Shown in pieces: positions 1 through 9,524 of a stretch of DNA of 64,000 nucleotides. Numbering within the stretch: position 1 is the stretch's first letter; each line of letters begins with the position of its first letter. The translations under genes and the position numbers were made by a program. The notes under the pieces were generated by a model. It was not told the origin of the DNA. It saw only the letters and a list, made by a program, of their open reading frames with translations, and did not search any database. The stretch comes from Eubacteriales bacterium (GTDB taxonomy: Bacteria; Bacillota; Clostridia; Oscillospirales; CAG-272): contig JAZNBA010000072.1 in the NCBI GenBank assembly GCA_045586785.1, positions 59,197 to 123,196 on the forward strand, written 5' to 3'.

Positions 1-102
1 CATACGGACCGCCGCGGAGCAGTCGAGCCCGGCAGCTTCCCAGTCCTCTTTGTTGAGCGTGCAGTTCCATTGATTCTGACTCATAAGTCGTATCATACTC
101 AT
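1..102 (-). CDS. hypothetical protein, 5' fragment (continues past window start)
   Basis: Minus-strand ATG at 102 with AAGGAG 7 nt upstream. Frame is open to position 1 (MSMIRLMSQNQWNCTLNKEDWEAAGL...). No family recognised. Confidence 0.3.
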   Translation of the reverse strand, partial: MSMIRLMSQNQWNCTLNKEDWEAAGLDCSAAVRM

Positions 103-125
103 AGCTTTTCTCCTTTTTTACAGTT

Positions 126-149
126 AAGGGGCTGTAAAGACAGCCCCTT
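126..149. terminator. GC-rich hairpin between tyrS stop and next gene
   Basis: AAGGGGCTG-N6-CAGCCCCTT. A U-run is present only in the + orientation, so a role as the tyrS terminator is uncertain. Confidence 0.35.
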
Positions 150-158
150 GATTTTTAT

Positions 159-1382
159 TTATTCTGCAATGACCTTAATAAAGTTCTTTTTACCCTTGCG
201 CAGCATCTTACCCTCTGCAAGATCAGCGGGTGCAAAGGTTGTGCGAGGATCGGTGATCTTTTCGCCGTCCAGCGTTACGCCGCCCTGCTGAATAGCCTGA
301 CGCGCCTCGGACTTGGACTTAACAAAGCCTGCCTTGACCAGCATTGTGGGAACGTCGCAACGACCGTCCATATAGAAGTCGTCAGCGGTAAGTGCAAGTG
401 TGGGAACCTCGGCATCCGCGCCGCCGCCGAACAGAGCGCGTGCGCTTGCGCGTGCCTTTTCGGCTTCCTCGTCGCCGTGAACAAGCTTTGTGAGCTCGTA
501 TGCCAGAATGTCCTTTGCTTCGTTGAGCTTGGAGCCTTCCCAGCCGTCCATTGCGTTGATCTCCTCAATGGGCAGGAAGGTGAGCATTCTGATGCATTTG
601 AGAACGTCGGCGTCGTCAACGTTTCTCCAGTACTGATAGAAGTCGTAGGGAGTGGTCTTTTTGGGATCCAGCCAAACAGCACCCGACGCAGTTTTACCCA
701 TCTTTTTGCCCTCGGAGTTGAGCAGCAGGGTGATAGTCATAGCGTGAGCGTCCTTGCCCAGCTTGCGGCGGATAAGTTCGGTGCCGCCCAGCATATTGGA
801 CCACTGGTCGTTACCGCCGAACTGCATATTGCAGCCGTACTTTTGGTACAGATAGTAGAAGTCGTAGGACTGCATTATCATATAGTTGAATTCAAGGAAG
901 GACAGGCCCTTTTCCATTCTTTGCTTGTAGCACTCGGCTCTGAGCATATTGTTGACAGAGAAGCACGCACCGACTTCGCGGAGTACGTCAACGTAGTTGA
1001 GGTCAAGCAGCCAGTCAGCGTTGTTGACCATGATAGCCTTGCCCTCGCCGAAGTCAATGAAACGCTCCATCTGCTTCTTAAAGCAATCGCAGTTGTGCTG
1101 GATGGTCTCGCGAGTCATCATACTGCGCATATCGGTACGGCCCGAGGGGTCACCGATCATAGCTGTTCCGCCGCCGATAAGAACTACGGGCTTGTTACCT
1201 GCCATCTGCAGACGCTTCATAAGGCAAAGCGCCATAAAGTGACCTACGTGCAGGGAATCTGCCGTAGGGTCAAAGCCGATGTAGAAGGTAGCCTTGCCGT
1301 TATTGATCATTTCTTTTATCTCGTCTTCATTTGTAACCTGCGCGATAAGACCGCGGGCGACGAGCTCGTCATAAATATTCAT
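159..1382 (-). CDS. tyrS: tyrosine--tRNA ligase
   Basis: 407 aa. Class I HIGH motif (HVGH), KMSKS-like KMGKT, C-terminal S4-like tail. Full length. Confidence 0.95.
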   Translation of the reverse strand: MNIYDELVARGLIAQVTNEDEIKEMINNGKATFYIGFDPTADSLHVGHFMALCLMKRLQMAGNKPVVLIGGGTAMIGDPSGRTDMRSMMTRETIQHNCDCFKKQMERFIDFGEGKAIMVNNADWLLDLNYVDVLREVGACFSVNNMLRAECYKQRMEKGLSFLEFNYMIMQSYDFYYLYQKYGCNMQFGGNDQWSNMLGGTELIRRKLGKDAHAMTITLLLNSEGKKMGKTASGAVWLDPKKTTPYDFYQYWRNVDDADVLKCIRMLTFLPIEEINAMDGWEGSKLNEAKDILAYELTKLVHGDEEAEKARASARALFGGGADAEVPTLALTADDFYMDGRCDVPTMLVKAGFVKSKSEARQAIQQGGVTLDGEKITDPRTTFAPADLAEGKMLRKGKKNFIKVIAE

Positions 1383-1419
1383 AGATGTAAGTCTCCTTAA
1401 AAATATACCAATTCACATT

Positions 1420-1448
1420 ATTATAACACAATCTGCCGCTTTTTGCAA
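1420..1448 (-). promoter_or_regulatory. sigma-70-type promoter of tyrS
   Basis: Minus strand TTGCAA-17 nt-TATAAT, about 35 nt upstream of the ATG. Confidence 0.55.
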
Positions 1449-1465
1449 TACTATAGCGAAAAAAT

Positions 1466-1496
1466 ATGCCGCGCAGACTGTAAATCTGCGCGGCAT
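1466..1496 (-). terminator. rho-independent terminator of the 1513-3009 gene
   Basis: ATGCCGCGCAGA-N7-TCTGCGCGGCAT followed by a T-run on the minus strand. Confidence 0.8.
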
Positions 1497-1512
1497 AAGT
1501 ATAAATGAGATT

Positions 1513-3009
1513 TTATTTACTGAAAGTATCGTTGATATCACTAAGTACTCTGTTCATCTGCTTTTCAGCTGCTCTGTAAGCACTTGCCCAAGCATTGGGA
1601 GTGTTCTGAGAGCAACGATCACGGAATGTGGAGTAAGTGAAGTTCTTAAGCTCTGTGCAGAAGATACGTCCGATGTCGATGCTAACACCCTCGCGGATGA
1701 TGTCGTACATAGCGGAAGCCTCGTTATCGGAGGAATACTTCAACTTCATAGAGGTCTCAAACAGCATAGGAGTAACTTCTCTGTAACCCTCGGAGCCAAG
1801 GCACTCAAGTGTAGCCGCTGCAGCGTCAGAGTTGTGGGAAGCCACGGAGATTGCGTACATGGAGTAGGGGAAGCCAAGGCAGGTTATGTAATTTTCCTGA
1901 GCCTCGTCGAACTTGGGAACGGGAACTATACCGTATTCAAATGTGATATCATCCTTACGGTTGAGAGCCATGTAAGAACGGTCAAGTGTAAATATGGTGT
2001 TGCCTCTTGCGAATACGTCACCGGTAGAACCGTGGTAGCCGTCCTCGCTGTCCCACATGTAAGTACAAACGCCTTCAAGCAGGGCAATGGTCTTTTCAGA
2101 GTTGAAGCTGGGGGAAATGATCAGCTGGTCGTTGCTGTCCTTTTCGACAGTGTTAAGACCTGCGCCGGTAAAGAATGCGTCATAGTGGATGGATGCAGTG
2201 CAGAGACCGTAAGCATCGTCGGCATCACGAGTGCCGTCGCCGTTTTTGTCTGCATATACGTTGGAGCCCAGCTCGAACATCTTTTCGTATGTCCACTTGC
2301 CGCCGTCAACCAGCTCATAGGGGCTTTCAAGGCTATTGTCTACGATGAGCTGCTTGTTGAAGAATACAACGTACATCATGTGCAGCATGTTGGTGGATAT
2401 ATCGCCGGATGCGAAGTACAGCTTGTTGTTGATGGTAGCCTGGTCAACAAGGGAAGCGGGCCACCAGGGTTTATCAAAGTCGAGATACTCAAGGGCGTTC
2501 ATGTCCTGAACGTAGCCGTTTACCGCGAGAGTAGCGCCGGTCATACTGTAGCCTGAGAAAATATCGTACTCACCGCCCGAGCTGATGCTGTTGAGTGCGG
2601 TAGATACAAAATTTTTCTGATTGTTGAAGTTGCCGGGGGTACCGATAAAGTTGAGGTCAACCTTGATACGGGTCTCGGTGTTGAGGTTACGCATGTAAAT
2701 AGCGTCGTTAACAATGTCACCGGTCTGCTCGAGAACCTCGAATTCGGGCTTCTCAACGTCACTCCAGTAGAGAATGGAAACGGTTGCGTTGTTGAAGTTG
2801 AGTTCTTCGGGAATGTCGTCTTCGACGAATTCGGTGGTTACGTCTGCGGAAGCAGTGGTGTCAGCGGGGGTGTTGGTGTCGCCTGTGGGCGCAGTGGTGT
2901 CAACGGTTGCCGCGGTAGTGGTGTCAACAGAGTCGCCGGGTTGTGCGCAAGCGACGAGCGTAGCCGCCAGCATAAGCACTGCCAGAACTATAGCCAATGT
3001 TTTTTTCAT
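1513..3009 (-). CDS. extracellular solute-binding lipoprotein (ABC sugar-binding type), no adjacent permease genes
   Basis: 498 aa. Signal peptide with lipobox LVAC and a Thr/Asp-rich linker. Clear paralog of 18194-19714 (shared PWW..., DPY.L..N.W..., YGLCT blocks). Confidence 0.7.
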   Translation of the reverse strand: MKKTLAIVLAVLMLAATLVACAQPGDSVDTTTAATVDTTAPTGDTNTPADTTASADVTTEFVEDDIPEELNFNNATVSILYWSDVEKPEFEVLEQTGDIVNDAIYMRNLNTETRIKVDLNFIGTPGNFNNQKNFVSTALNSISSGGEYDIFSGYSMTGATLAVNGYVQDMNALEYLDFDKPWWPASLVDQATINNKLYFASGDISTNMLHMMYVVFFNKQLIVDNSLESPYELVDGGKWTYEKMFELGSNVYADKNGDGTRDADDAYGLCTASIHYDAFFTGAGLNTVEKDSNDQLIISPSFNSEKTIALLEGVCTYMWDSEDGYHGSTGDVFARGNTIFTLDRSYMALNRKDDITFEYGIVPVPKFDEAQENYITCLGFPYSMYAISVASHNSDAAAATLECLGSEGYREVTPMLFETSMKLKYSSDNEASAMYDIIREGVSIDIGRIFCTELKNFTYSTFRDRCSQNTPNAWASAYRAAEKQMNRVLSDINDTFSK

Positions 3010-3209
3010 GGGAAATCCTTTCTTTATAATAAATTTAACTAATTATACAACTTATACAATGGTTGGTCAATGGAAAATATTACAATTAGCCTGATATGGC
3101 AAAAAGTTAGCCAAAAACATAAATTTTAATTGACATAAAAGCCAAAATGTGATATAATATCAAATCATATGAATGTTTTTTAATAAAACACATAAAGGAG
3201 TTTACGCAT

Positions 3210-3962
3210 ATGCAGCTTCCGAAAATAGAATATGCTTTGCGCCGAACCCGCGCGGCGGGGGAGAACGTTACATTACATATGCACGACACCTGGGAGCTGG
3301 TAATGTATATCAGCGGTGAGGGCAGGTGCATTTGTAACGATCTGAGCTATGAATATTTGACAGGATCGATATGCTTGATACCGCCAAATACGCATCACAA
3401 AGAAATAAATCAAACCGAAACTGACCTGATATTTTGCTCATTTGTGCCCGGAGATGCAGATTGCCGAGATGGAATGTTTGAGGGAGATGCGGAGCTCTCG
3501 GAGGCGGCAGCTCATATGGTAACGGCAATGGCGGAGCGAAGCGCAGGGGCAGAGCAGATCGCGGCGATGTATCTATCTATAATATTGCTTCGTTTAAGAC
3601 TGCGCGACAGTGTGGACGGTGAGCGCGTGGAGGAAAAGAATCGGTCGCTTGACAGCGCGCTCCGCTACATTTTTGATTATTACAATACCGATATAAAGCC
3701 GCGGGAGCTTGCTGCCTCGGTCGGTTACAGCTATGACCGCTTCCGTCACATTTTTAAGGAGAAGTACGGCATCACGCCCAAGCAGATGATATTGTATAAG
3801 CGGCTTGACTCTGCTAAGCAGTTGCTGCGTCGTGACGGCAAAATAGAAAATATCGCGCGCTCCTGCGGCTTTGGCTCGGCAACGCAGTTCAATATTATTT
3901 TCAAAAAAACGCAGGGAATGACGCCGAGCGAATACCGCGCGAGAGAGAAAAGCTTGAAATAA
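3210..3962 (+). CDS. AraC family transcriptional regulator
   Basis: 250 aa. N-terminal cupin-like part and C-terminal AraC-type double HTH (...ARSCGFGSATQFNIIFKKTQGMTPSEYR). Confidence 0.85.
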   Translation: MQLPKIEYALRRTRAAGENVTLHMHDTWELVMYISGEGRCICNDLSYEYLTGSICLIPPNTHHKEINQTETDLIFCSFVPGDADCRDGMFEGDAELSEAAAHMVTAMAERSAGAEQIAAMYLSIILLRLRLRDSVDGERVEEKNRSLDSALRYIFDYYNTDIKPRELAASVGYSYDRFRHIFKEKYGITPKQMILYKRLDSAKQLLRRDGKIENIARSCGFGSATQFNIIFKKTQGMTPSEYRAREKSLK

Positions 3963-3965
3963 AAA

Positions 3966-3988
3966 ATGCCGCAATGCGGCGTTTTTTA
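3966..3988 (+). terminator. rho-independent terminator
   Basis: GCCGC-AAT-GCGGC followed by GTTTTTTATTTT, directly after the AraC stop. Confidence 0.6.
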
Positions 3989-4055
3989 TTTTAATGTATA
4001 ATTTCTCTCATTTACAGCCACAATTATTATAAGTTTACCTTGGGAGTGCTGTAAA

Positions 4056-4679
4056 ATGAAGCCTATTGACCGTGCGCGCAGAATATATTGCGGCGTGCCG
4101 AAAAGAATACTTGATATAATTTTTTCCGTGTCGGGACTGTTGCTTTTTTCGCTGCCAATGCTGCTGTGCGCGGCGGCGATAGCGGCGGAGGACGGATGCC
4201 CCGTGATATTCTGTCAGACGCGCATAGGCGCCGATCTCAAACCGTTTACTTGCTATAAATTCCGCACCATGCGCTGTGACGCCCCCCACGATTGCGCCAC
4301 GTCAGATCTGCGCGACGCGCATTTGTATATAACGCGCGTGGGCGCGTTTTTGCGCCGTACCAGCCTTGACGAGCTTCCGCAACTTTTTAACGTGCTGCGC
4401 GGCGACATGAGCCTGATCGGTCCGCGCCCCGTCATACCGCAGGAGCGCGAGCTTATTGCCTTGCGTGACAGCCTTGGCGTGTATTGCATACGTCCGGGGC
4501 TTACGGGACTGGCACAGGTGCGCGGTCGCGATTCGGTGAGCGTGCGCCGCAAGGCGGCGTACGACGCGCAGTACGTACAGCGAATGTCCTTTGCATACGA
4601 CGCAACGCTTATGGCGAAAACGTTTGTGAGCGTTATATGCTGTCGCGGAGTGCGTGAGGGAGAGAATCGTGGACAGTAA
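4056..4679 (+). CDS. sugar phosphotransferase (bacterial sugar transferase family, initiating enzyme type)
   Basis: 207 aa. N-terminal TM helix and hallmark [21 protein letters not shown] block. Confidence 0.85.
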   Translation: MKPIDRARRIYCGVPKRILDIIFSVSGLLLFSLPMLLCAAAIAAEDGCPVIFCQTRIGADLKPFTCYKFRTMRCDAPHDCATSDLRDAHLYITRVGAFLRRTSLDELPQLFNVLRGDMSLIGPRPVIPQERELIALRDSLGVYCIRPGLTGLAQVRGRDSVSVRRKAAYDAQYVQRMSFAYDATLMAKTFVSVICCRGVREGENRGQ

Positions 4680-6072
4680 GCGTCTGGTTCGCGCCGCCGC
4701 AGTGGCGTTTCTTTCCCAGGGCGTGACGGCGGCGGTCAACGCTCTGACTGTATTTATGCTTGCGGGCAAGCTCAGTGCCGCGGAATACGGACTATGGCAG
4801 TTTTTCGTGCTTTTGGGTTCGTATTCGGGGTTGTTTCACCTGGGACTTTGCGACGGTATTTATCTTAACAACGGCGGCATGGAGCTGAGCGAGCTTGACG
4901 CGCCAAAATTGGGAACGCTGTTCAGAAGGTCTTTTGCCATACAGTCCATCGCCGCGGCAGTTATTATTCCGATAATATTATCGCTTGGTGCTGCGGGTGA
5001 CCGCGTTTGGGCGATAGCGCTGGCGCTGGTCTATATGCCGATCTTCAACGCCGACGCGTATCTTGGACATGTATTGCAGGCGACAGGAAATACCGAGGCG
5101 TATTCCGTGTCCGTTATAATTGACCGCGTAAGCTTTTTCGCGTTTGCGGTGCTTTTCGCAGTAGGCGGCTTTTACGATTTCCGCGCGTATGCCGTGGCGG
5201 GTATTCTGGCTGAGAGCGTGTCGTTTGTGTACTGCGTGTATAAAACGCGTAGCATTGTGTTCGCGCCCCGCGCACATGGCGGCATAGCGGGCATGGCGCG
5301 GCGGGATATTTCGGTAGGCTCGCGGCTGATGATATCAAATCTGTCGGGTCAGCTGGCAGGCGGCGCGGCGCGTCTTGCGGTCATATGGCGATACGGTGAC
5401 GCGGAATTTGGACGAATATCATTTGTTATGACGCTTGCAAACGTATTTTTGCAGTTATTGTCTCAAATGAGCATGGTACTGTTTCCATCGCTGCGCCGTG
5501 AGGACGAGGCGGCACGCTTGCGATTTATGTCGGGAATGCGATCTGCTGTGGGACTGCTTTTGCCGGCTGTGTTTTTTGCGTATGTGCCGTTGCGACTTTT
5601 TGTAGCGACGTTTTTGCCGAATTTTGAGTCGGGAATGGAATACCTCGTTTTACTGTTGCCTATGTGCCTGCTGGATGGAAAAACAAATTTAGTGGCGACA
5701 ACGTATTTTAAGGTGCGCGGCAGGGCGGGAGAGTTGATGCTTCTGAATCTGTTTTCGGCGGCGCTGGGCGTTGCGCTTTGCTTTACGGTTGCCGGAGCGG
5801 ACGGCGGTGTCGGGGCAATACTTTCGGCGGCTGTAGTGGTGTCGGCGGTCAGATACGTTGCGTTTGAACTCAGGTGCCGCCGTCTTGAGCGGAGGGAGGA
5901 CAGGGAAGTGACGTTGCGGCTGTTCAGCGAGACGGCTTTGTGCGGCATATTTATTCTGGCAACCGTCTATCTGACGGATATTTACGCGGTGATCATTTAC
6001 GCGGGCGCGTATTTTGTTTATCTGTACGCACGGCGAGGAGAGCTCGTTCGGCTTATTCCGATACACAAATGA
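4654..6072 (+). CDS. polysaccharide flippase-like membrane protein (Wzx/MOP type)
   Basis: 472 aa polytopic membrane protein. 26-nt overlap with the sugar transferase gene. Confidence 0.6.
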   Translation: MRERIVDSKRLVRAAAVAFLSQGVTAAVNALTVFMLAGKLSAAEYGLWQFFVLLGSYSGLFHLGLCDGIYLNNGGMELSELDAPKLGTLFRRSFAIQSIAAAVIIPIILSLGAAGDRVWAIALALVYMPIFNADAYLGHVLQATGNTEAYSVSVIIDRVSFFAFAVLFAVGGFYDFRAYAVAGILAESVSFVYCVYKTRSIVFAPRAHGGIAGMARRDISVGSRLMISNLSGQLAGGAARLAVIWRYGDAEFGRISFVMTLANVFLQLLSQMSMVLFPSLRREDEAARLRFMSGMRSAVGLLLPAVFFAYVPLRLFVATFLPNFESGMEYLVLLLPMCLLDGKTNLVATTYFKVRGRAGELMLLNLFSAALGVALCFTVAGADGGVGAILSAAVVVSAVRYVAFELRCRRLERREDREVTLRLFSETALCGIFILATVYLTDIYAVIIYAGAYFVYLYARRGELVRLIPIHK

Positions 6073-6096
6073 CCCTCGTTATAGACGAGGGTCATT
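6069..6096. terminator. bidirectional terminator between convergent genes
   Basis: TGACCCTCGT-N5-ACGAGGGTCA between the flippase (+) and azlD (-). Confidence 0.6.
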
Positions 6097-6101
6097 TGAA
6101 T

Positions 6102-6401
6102 TTAAAATATAAATCCCGTGATAAACGCCGTCAGTGACGCGGCAAGAGAGACGACTATCAGCGGCTTGCCGAAATAAGCAAGCACCAATGCCACTGCAGT
6201 ACCCGCGATAGCGGTGGGGATACTGCCCGTTGAATAAAAGATAGCGGGCAGTGTCATTGCGCTCAGCACGGCGTAGGGAATGTATCCGAGAAAGCTACGG
6301 AAAAACCTTGAACGAATCTTTTTGCGGAACAGCGTAAAGGGCAGCATGCGTATGAGATACGTAACGCCCGCCATGACGGCAATATAAATGAAAATACTCA
6401 T
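6102..6401 (-). CDS. azlD: branched-chain amino acid transport protein AzlD
   Basis: 99-aa hydrophobic protein. 4-nt overlap with the upstream AzlC-like gene. Confidence 0.7.
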   Translation of the reverse strand: MSIFIYIAVMAGVTYLIRMLPFTLFRKKIRSRFFRSFLGYIPYAVLSAMTLPAIFYSTGSIPTAIAGTAVALVLAYFGKPLIVVSLAASLTAFITGFIF

Positions 6402-7111
6402 GCAGCGCCCTCCTTATCCGAGTCCTCAGCAGGAAGCGGGAAAAAGACCGCGCAAACGGTTGCCGCGATAACGGCGCTGATTATGACCGAAAATCCGCTT
6501 GATATAAAGGTAAAAACGTATTTGATGACGATACTGCACACAGCACCTATTATGACGGCGGCGAGTATGCCGCGGCTTTTGCGGGCAGGCGGTATTATTA
6601 TGGCGATAAACATACCGTAGACCAGTATTCCCATGGCGGCTGTCAGCGAGGCGGGGAGCACGTTGCCCGCTACAGCGCCCAGCAGTGTGCCCAGCACCCA
6701 GCCTGCTGCTGAAATTGATATCATGCCGTACATATATGACGGTGTTATGAGGTGAGGCTGTGAGTACGCTACTGCAAAATTTTCATCGGTTATGCCAAAT
6801 GACGTCACCATTCTGTGGAAAGTGTTAAATTTGCTGTCTAACTTTTGCGAGAGTGACAATCCCATGAGCGAGTATCGTATGTTGAGCACCAACTGCGTCA
6901 GTATCATTTCCACCAGTGTGCCGCCTGCCGCAATGATGCCGACACCTGCGACCTGTCCTGCTGATGTCAGATTTGTAGCGGATATGAGCACAGCTTCAAG
7001 CACCGATATGCCGAGGCTTGTGGCTAATATACCGAAGCCGAATGAAACCGAAAGGTAACCGAGAGCAGTTGGAATACCGTCGCGTATACCTTTGGTAAAT
7101 GAGTTTTTCAC
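6398..7111 (-). CDS. azlC: AzlC family branched-chain amino acid permease subunit
   Basis: 237 aa. N-terminal GIRDGIPTALGYLSVSFGFGILA and NIRYSLMG blocks typical of AzlC. Confidence 0.8.
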   Translation of the reverse strand: MKNSFTKGIRDGIPTALGYLSVSFGFGILATSLGISVLEAVLISATNLTSAGQVAGVGIIAAGGTLVEMILTQLVLNIRYSLMGLSLSQKLDSKFNTFHRMVTSFGITDENFAVAYSQPHLITPSYMYGMISISAAGWVLGTLLGAVAGNVLPASLTAAMGILVYGMFIAIIIPPARKSRGILAAVIIGAVCSIVIKYVFTFISSGFSVIISAVIAATVCAVFFPLPAEDSDKEGAA

Positions 7112-7130
7112 GGGTAATGTTCCTTATGGT

Positions 7131-8417
7131 TTAGTTGAAATAACGTATGGATATGGAAAGGTTTGCGGTATCCGCGTAGTTCTTGATGTAGGTGTCGATA
7201 TGACTTTGCTGTATTGAATTTCTCATATCCGCCTTTGGGACCTCGCCGTAGATGGAACGGTATATCATATGAGCACCCACATATCCTGCCAGCGGCTTGC
7301 TGTGGTCGTAGGTATCATCGACACAGAATATCCATCTGCTGAGATCGGTAGCAATGAGTGAATCGATCTCATTTTTCCAGTTGAGGCAAACGAGGTCGGG
7401 ATTGTTTTTCATTGCCGCGTTGATGACGGCTGTCGGTTCGTTGTGGGCGGGGAATATGACAAGCTGTGTATTTGATCTCTTGCAGATACCGCTCAGCGCT
7501 TGAAGCGGTGTGAGCTGATCACCGGAGTATAGACCGCAAATAAACACGGCATCATACGTTCCGTTAAGTATTGAGGTCATGAGCTCGGAGTCGGTAACGT
7601 ATGTGTCGACCTCGGCGTATCCTCGGGAAATAGCGTTAACTTTGCAACGGCGCTGATTGTTGGCAAACATTTCGCTAAGTATATTTCCAATGTCGGACGA
7701 ACCTATAAAGCTGTTGCCGAGAATGAGAATGGAGCCGTCTTTGACAGAGGACAGCGTATTGAACTGTGTTCTTGATGTGGTGTTGGTGAGGTCCGAACGG
7801 CCAAGCAGATGGTCGGCGGTCTGGGCGCATACCTGATCGTAGTCCGCAATCAGAGTGACAGTGCGTATCGTGTCGTTTTCGGTGAAAGAAAAGCTGTATC
7901 TGTAGCGGAACTTGAGTGTACTACCCGAGCCCGATCTTTCTATAAATTCGGTAACAGACAAGCCATTTCTTGCTTTTTCTCGTGTTGCAACCGATGTCCA
8001 AGACTCGGAGTCGGTTATCTCTCCCGATATAAGCTTGCCAAAAACGGTTGAGTCGCGTTCAAGTGTATAACCGTTCACACCCTCCGCAGGTCTTAATATC
8101 CATTCAGCGGGGAGATAGTAGCACATGGTGAAGTTGGAATTTTTATATGAAAAAAGCGTGTTGAGATATTTTTCGGATGTCTGACATACTATGTCTCGAT
8201 AAAGCTCATCCTCGGATACCGTGGTGACAGGCTCTGTCGTTTCAGGTGTCGGCTCAGTCGTCTCGGGGGACGGCGTGGTTTGAGGAGTTGCGGTGTCGGG
8301 GGTGGTTGTTGTGACATCGGCAGATGAAGTGTCACTTGGTATATTTGACCGATCGTTTTGACACCCGCATATCACTAAAACAAATATGATTGATAAAATA
8401 AGTATGGTTTTCTTCAC
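7131..8417 (-). CDS. secreted lipoprotein, unknown function (possible SGNH/DUF4886-like C-terminal part)
   Basis: 428 aa. Lipobox VICGC and a Thr/Pro-rich linker. ILILGNSFIGSSD block resembles the GNSF block of 27651-29429. Confidence 0.45.
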   Translation of the reverse strand: MKKTILILSIIFVLVICGCQNDRSNIPSDTSSADVTTTTPDTATPQTTPSPETTEPTPETTEPVTTVSEDELYRDIVCQTSEKYLNTLFSYKNSNFTMCYYLPAEWILRPAEGVNGYTLERDSTVFGKLISGEITDSESWTSVATREKARNGLSVTEFIERSGSGSTLKFRYRYSFSFTENDTIRTVTLIADYDQVCAQTADHLLGRSDLTNTTSRTQFNTLSSVKDGSILILGNSFIGSSDIGNILSEMFANNQRRCKVNAISRGYAEVDTYVTDSELMTSILNGTYDAVFICGLYSGDQLTPLQALSGICKRSNTQLVIFPAHNEPTAVINAAMKNNPDLVCLNWKNEIDSLIATDLSRWIFCVDDTYDHSKPLAGYVGAHMIYRSIYGEVPKADMRNSIQQSHIDTYIKNYADTANLSISIRYFN

Positions 8418-8429
8418 AATTGATCTCCT

Positions 8430-9404
8430 TTAGTCTATATCTTCGTATACAACCTCGGGCGGTACATTGAGCTGGGCGGGGTTTTCCGCCATTCGCTTGA
8501 AGAACTTAAAGGCGGAGGCGAAGTAGTAGCCATCGCATATGCGCTCGTCTGTCACTGCCTTGAGATCGATATATCGGCGCTTTAGCACATTGCCCTGGGC
8601 GTCAAGCTCATAGGCGGTGCGCTTGGCACCGTAGGAAAGAAATACGGGGAGGTTGCCGAAATCGTAAATGTGGTGGTAGATAGGCTTTATGCCCAGCGAG
8701 CCCATACTGGTTATTATCATGGAGCCATGGAAGGGACTGAGCTTTGTCAGCGCTTGAGGAAGCCATCCGAAATAGTCGAGGAAAAACAAAAACTTGACAG
8801 TCCAGCGCAAAAGCAGTCCGGGAATGAACAGCAGCGCTTTGTTGAGCTTGTCGAAAGCGTTTACCTCGCCCTCGACTGCGTTTTCTTCGACGGCTTTATT
8901 GAATTTTCTGTAGACGTCGTCCAGCGTGTCGGTGGGCTCGAAAACCACCTTTATAGTGGTGTCGGGGGAGTCGATAGCCATTTTGCGCTTGACTACCATA
9001 ACTACAGATATTTCGTTTCTCGCATATATTTTCTGACCGTTGACAAAGCGGTTTACGGCAGGGTATTGAGATATCGTTCTGACGTATGCGGCAAGCAGGA
9101 TGTGCAGCATACCGAAGCTGGTCATGCCTTGCTTGACCTTTTGACGGCACAGTATGTCAGCGCGGGATATATTGAGGCTGTCCGCAAAGGTATTGCAGGC
9201 GTCGGAACGGCGAGCCATTATATAGGGCATAAATTGGTTCATAGCCTGAAGTGTGCGCAACTTGCGACCGTCCTTGCGGTCACCCAGACGGCGACGGCGC
9301 TTTTTCTTTTTAACTTTCGGTGCGGAGGAGGTGGCTGTGCTTGGGGGCGTAACATCTTTGGTTATCGGCGCGATTTGCTGTACAGGCGCGGTTTTCTTGC
9401 TCAT
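8430..9404 (-). CDS. 2-oxoacid dehydrogenase E2-type acyltransferase catalytic-domain protein (stand-alone)
   Basis: Start moved to ATG 9404 (AAGGAG 6 nt upstream). C-terminal DERICDG matches the DHRxxDG catalytic motif. N-terminus has a polybasic tract KKKKRRRR and no lipoyl domain. Confidence 0.5.
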   Translation of the reverse strand: MSKKTAPVQQIAPITKDVTPPSTATSSAPKVKKKKRRRRLGDRKDGRKLRTLQAMNQFMPYIMARRSDACNTFADSLNISRADILCRQKVKQGMTSFGMLHILLAAYVRTISQYPAVNRFVNGQKIYARNEISVVMVVKRKMAIDSPDTTIKVVFEPTDTLDDVYRKFNKAVEENAVEGEVNAFDKLNKALLFIPGLLLRWTVKFLFFLDYFGWLPQALTKLSPFHGSMIITSMGSLGIKPIYHHIYDFGNLPVFLSYGAKRTAYELDAQGNVLKRRYIDLKAVTDERICDGYYFASAFKFFKRMAENPAQLNVPPEVVYEDID

Positions 9405-9494
9405 AGCAGACTCCTTTGGCGTCAAATAAATATTTCTATGCAATATTTTATCATATTAGCGGACAAAATTCAAGTGTATTTTGCAATATACTAC

Positions 9495-9520
9495 AAAAAC
9501 GGCACGGGAGTGCCGTTTTT
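9495..9520 (-). terminator. rho-independent terminator of the esterase gene
   Basis: AAAAACGGCAC-N4-GTGCCGTTTTT. Confidence 0.75.
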
Positions 9521-9524
9521 ATGT

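Noticed and set aside
70-291. 73-aa + strand ORF spanning the tyrS 3' end
   Set aside because: It overlaps the tyrS coding sequence and the intergenic hairpin. It has no RBS and a low-complexity translation.
477-1400. 307-aa ORF on the + strand overlapping tyrS
   Set aside because: It lies entirely antisense to a well-supported tyrS gene and its sequence is not protein-like. The same applies to other long shadow ORFs: 8670-9605, 19777-20340, 20374-21033, 23617-24330, 45365-46078, 57447-58295 and 58517-59410.
1383-1512. T-box leader upstream of tyrS
   Set aside because: Only about 130 nt are available. They are taken up by the upstream gene's terminator and a simple promoter. No specifier/T-box architecture or conserved T-box sequence is visible.
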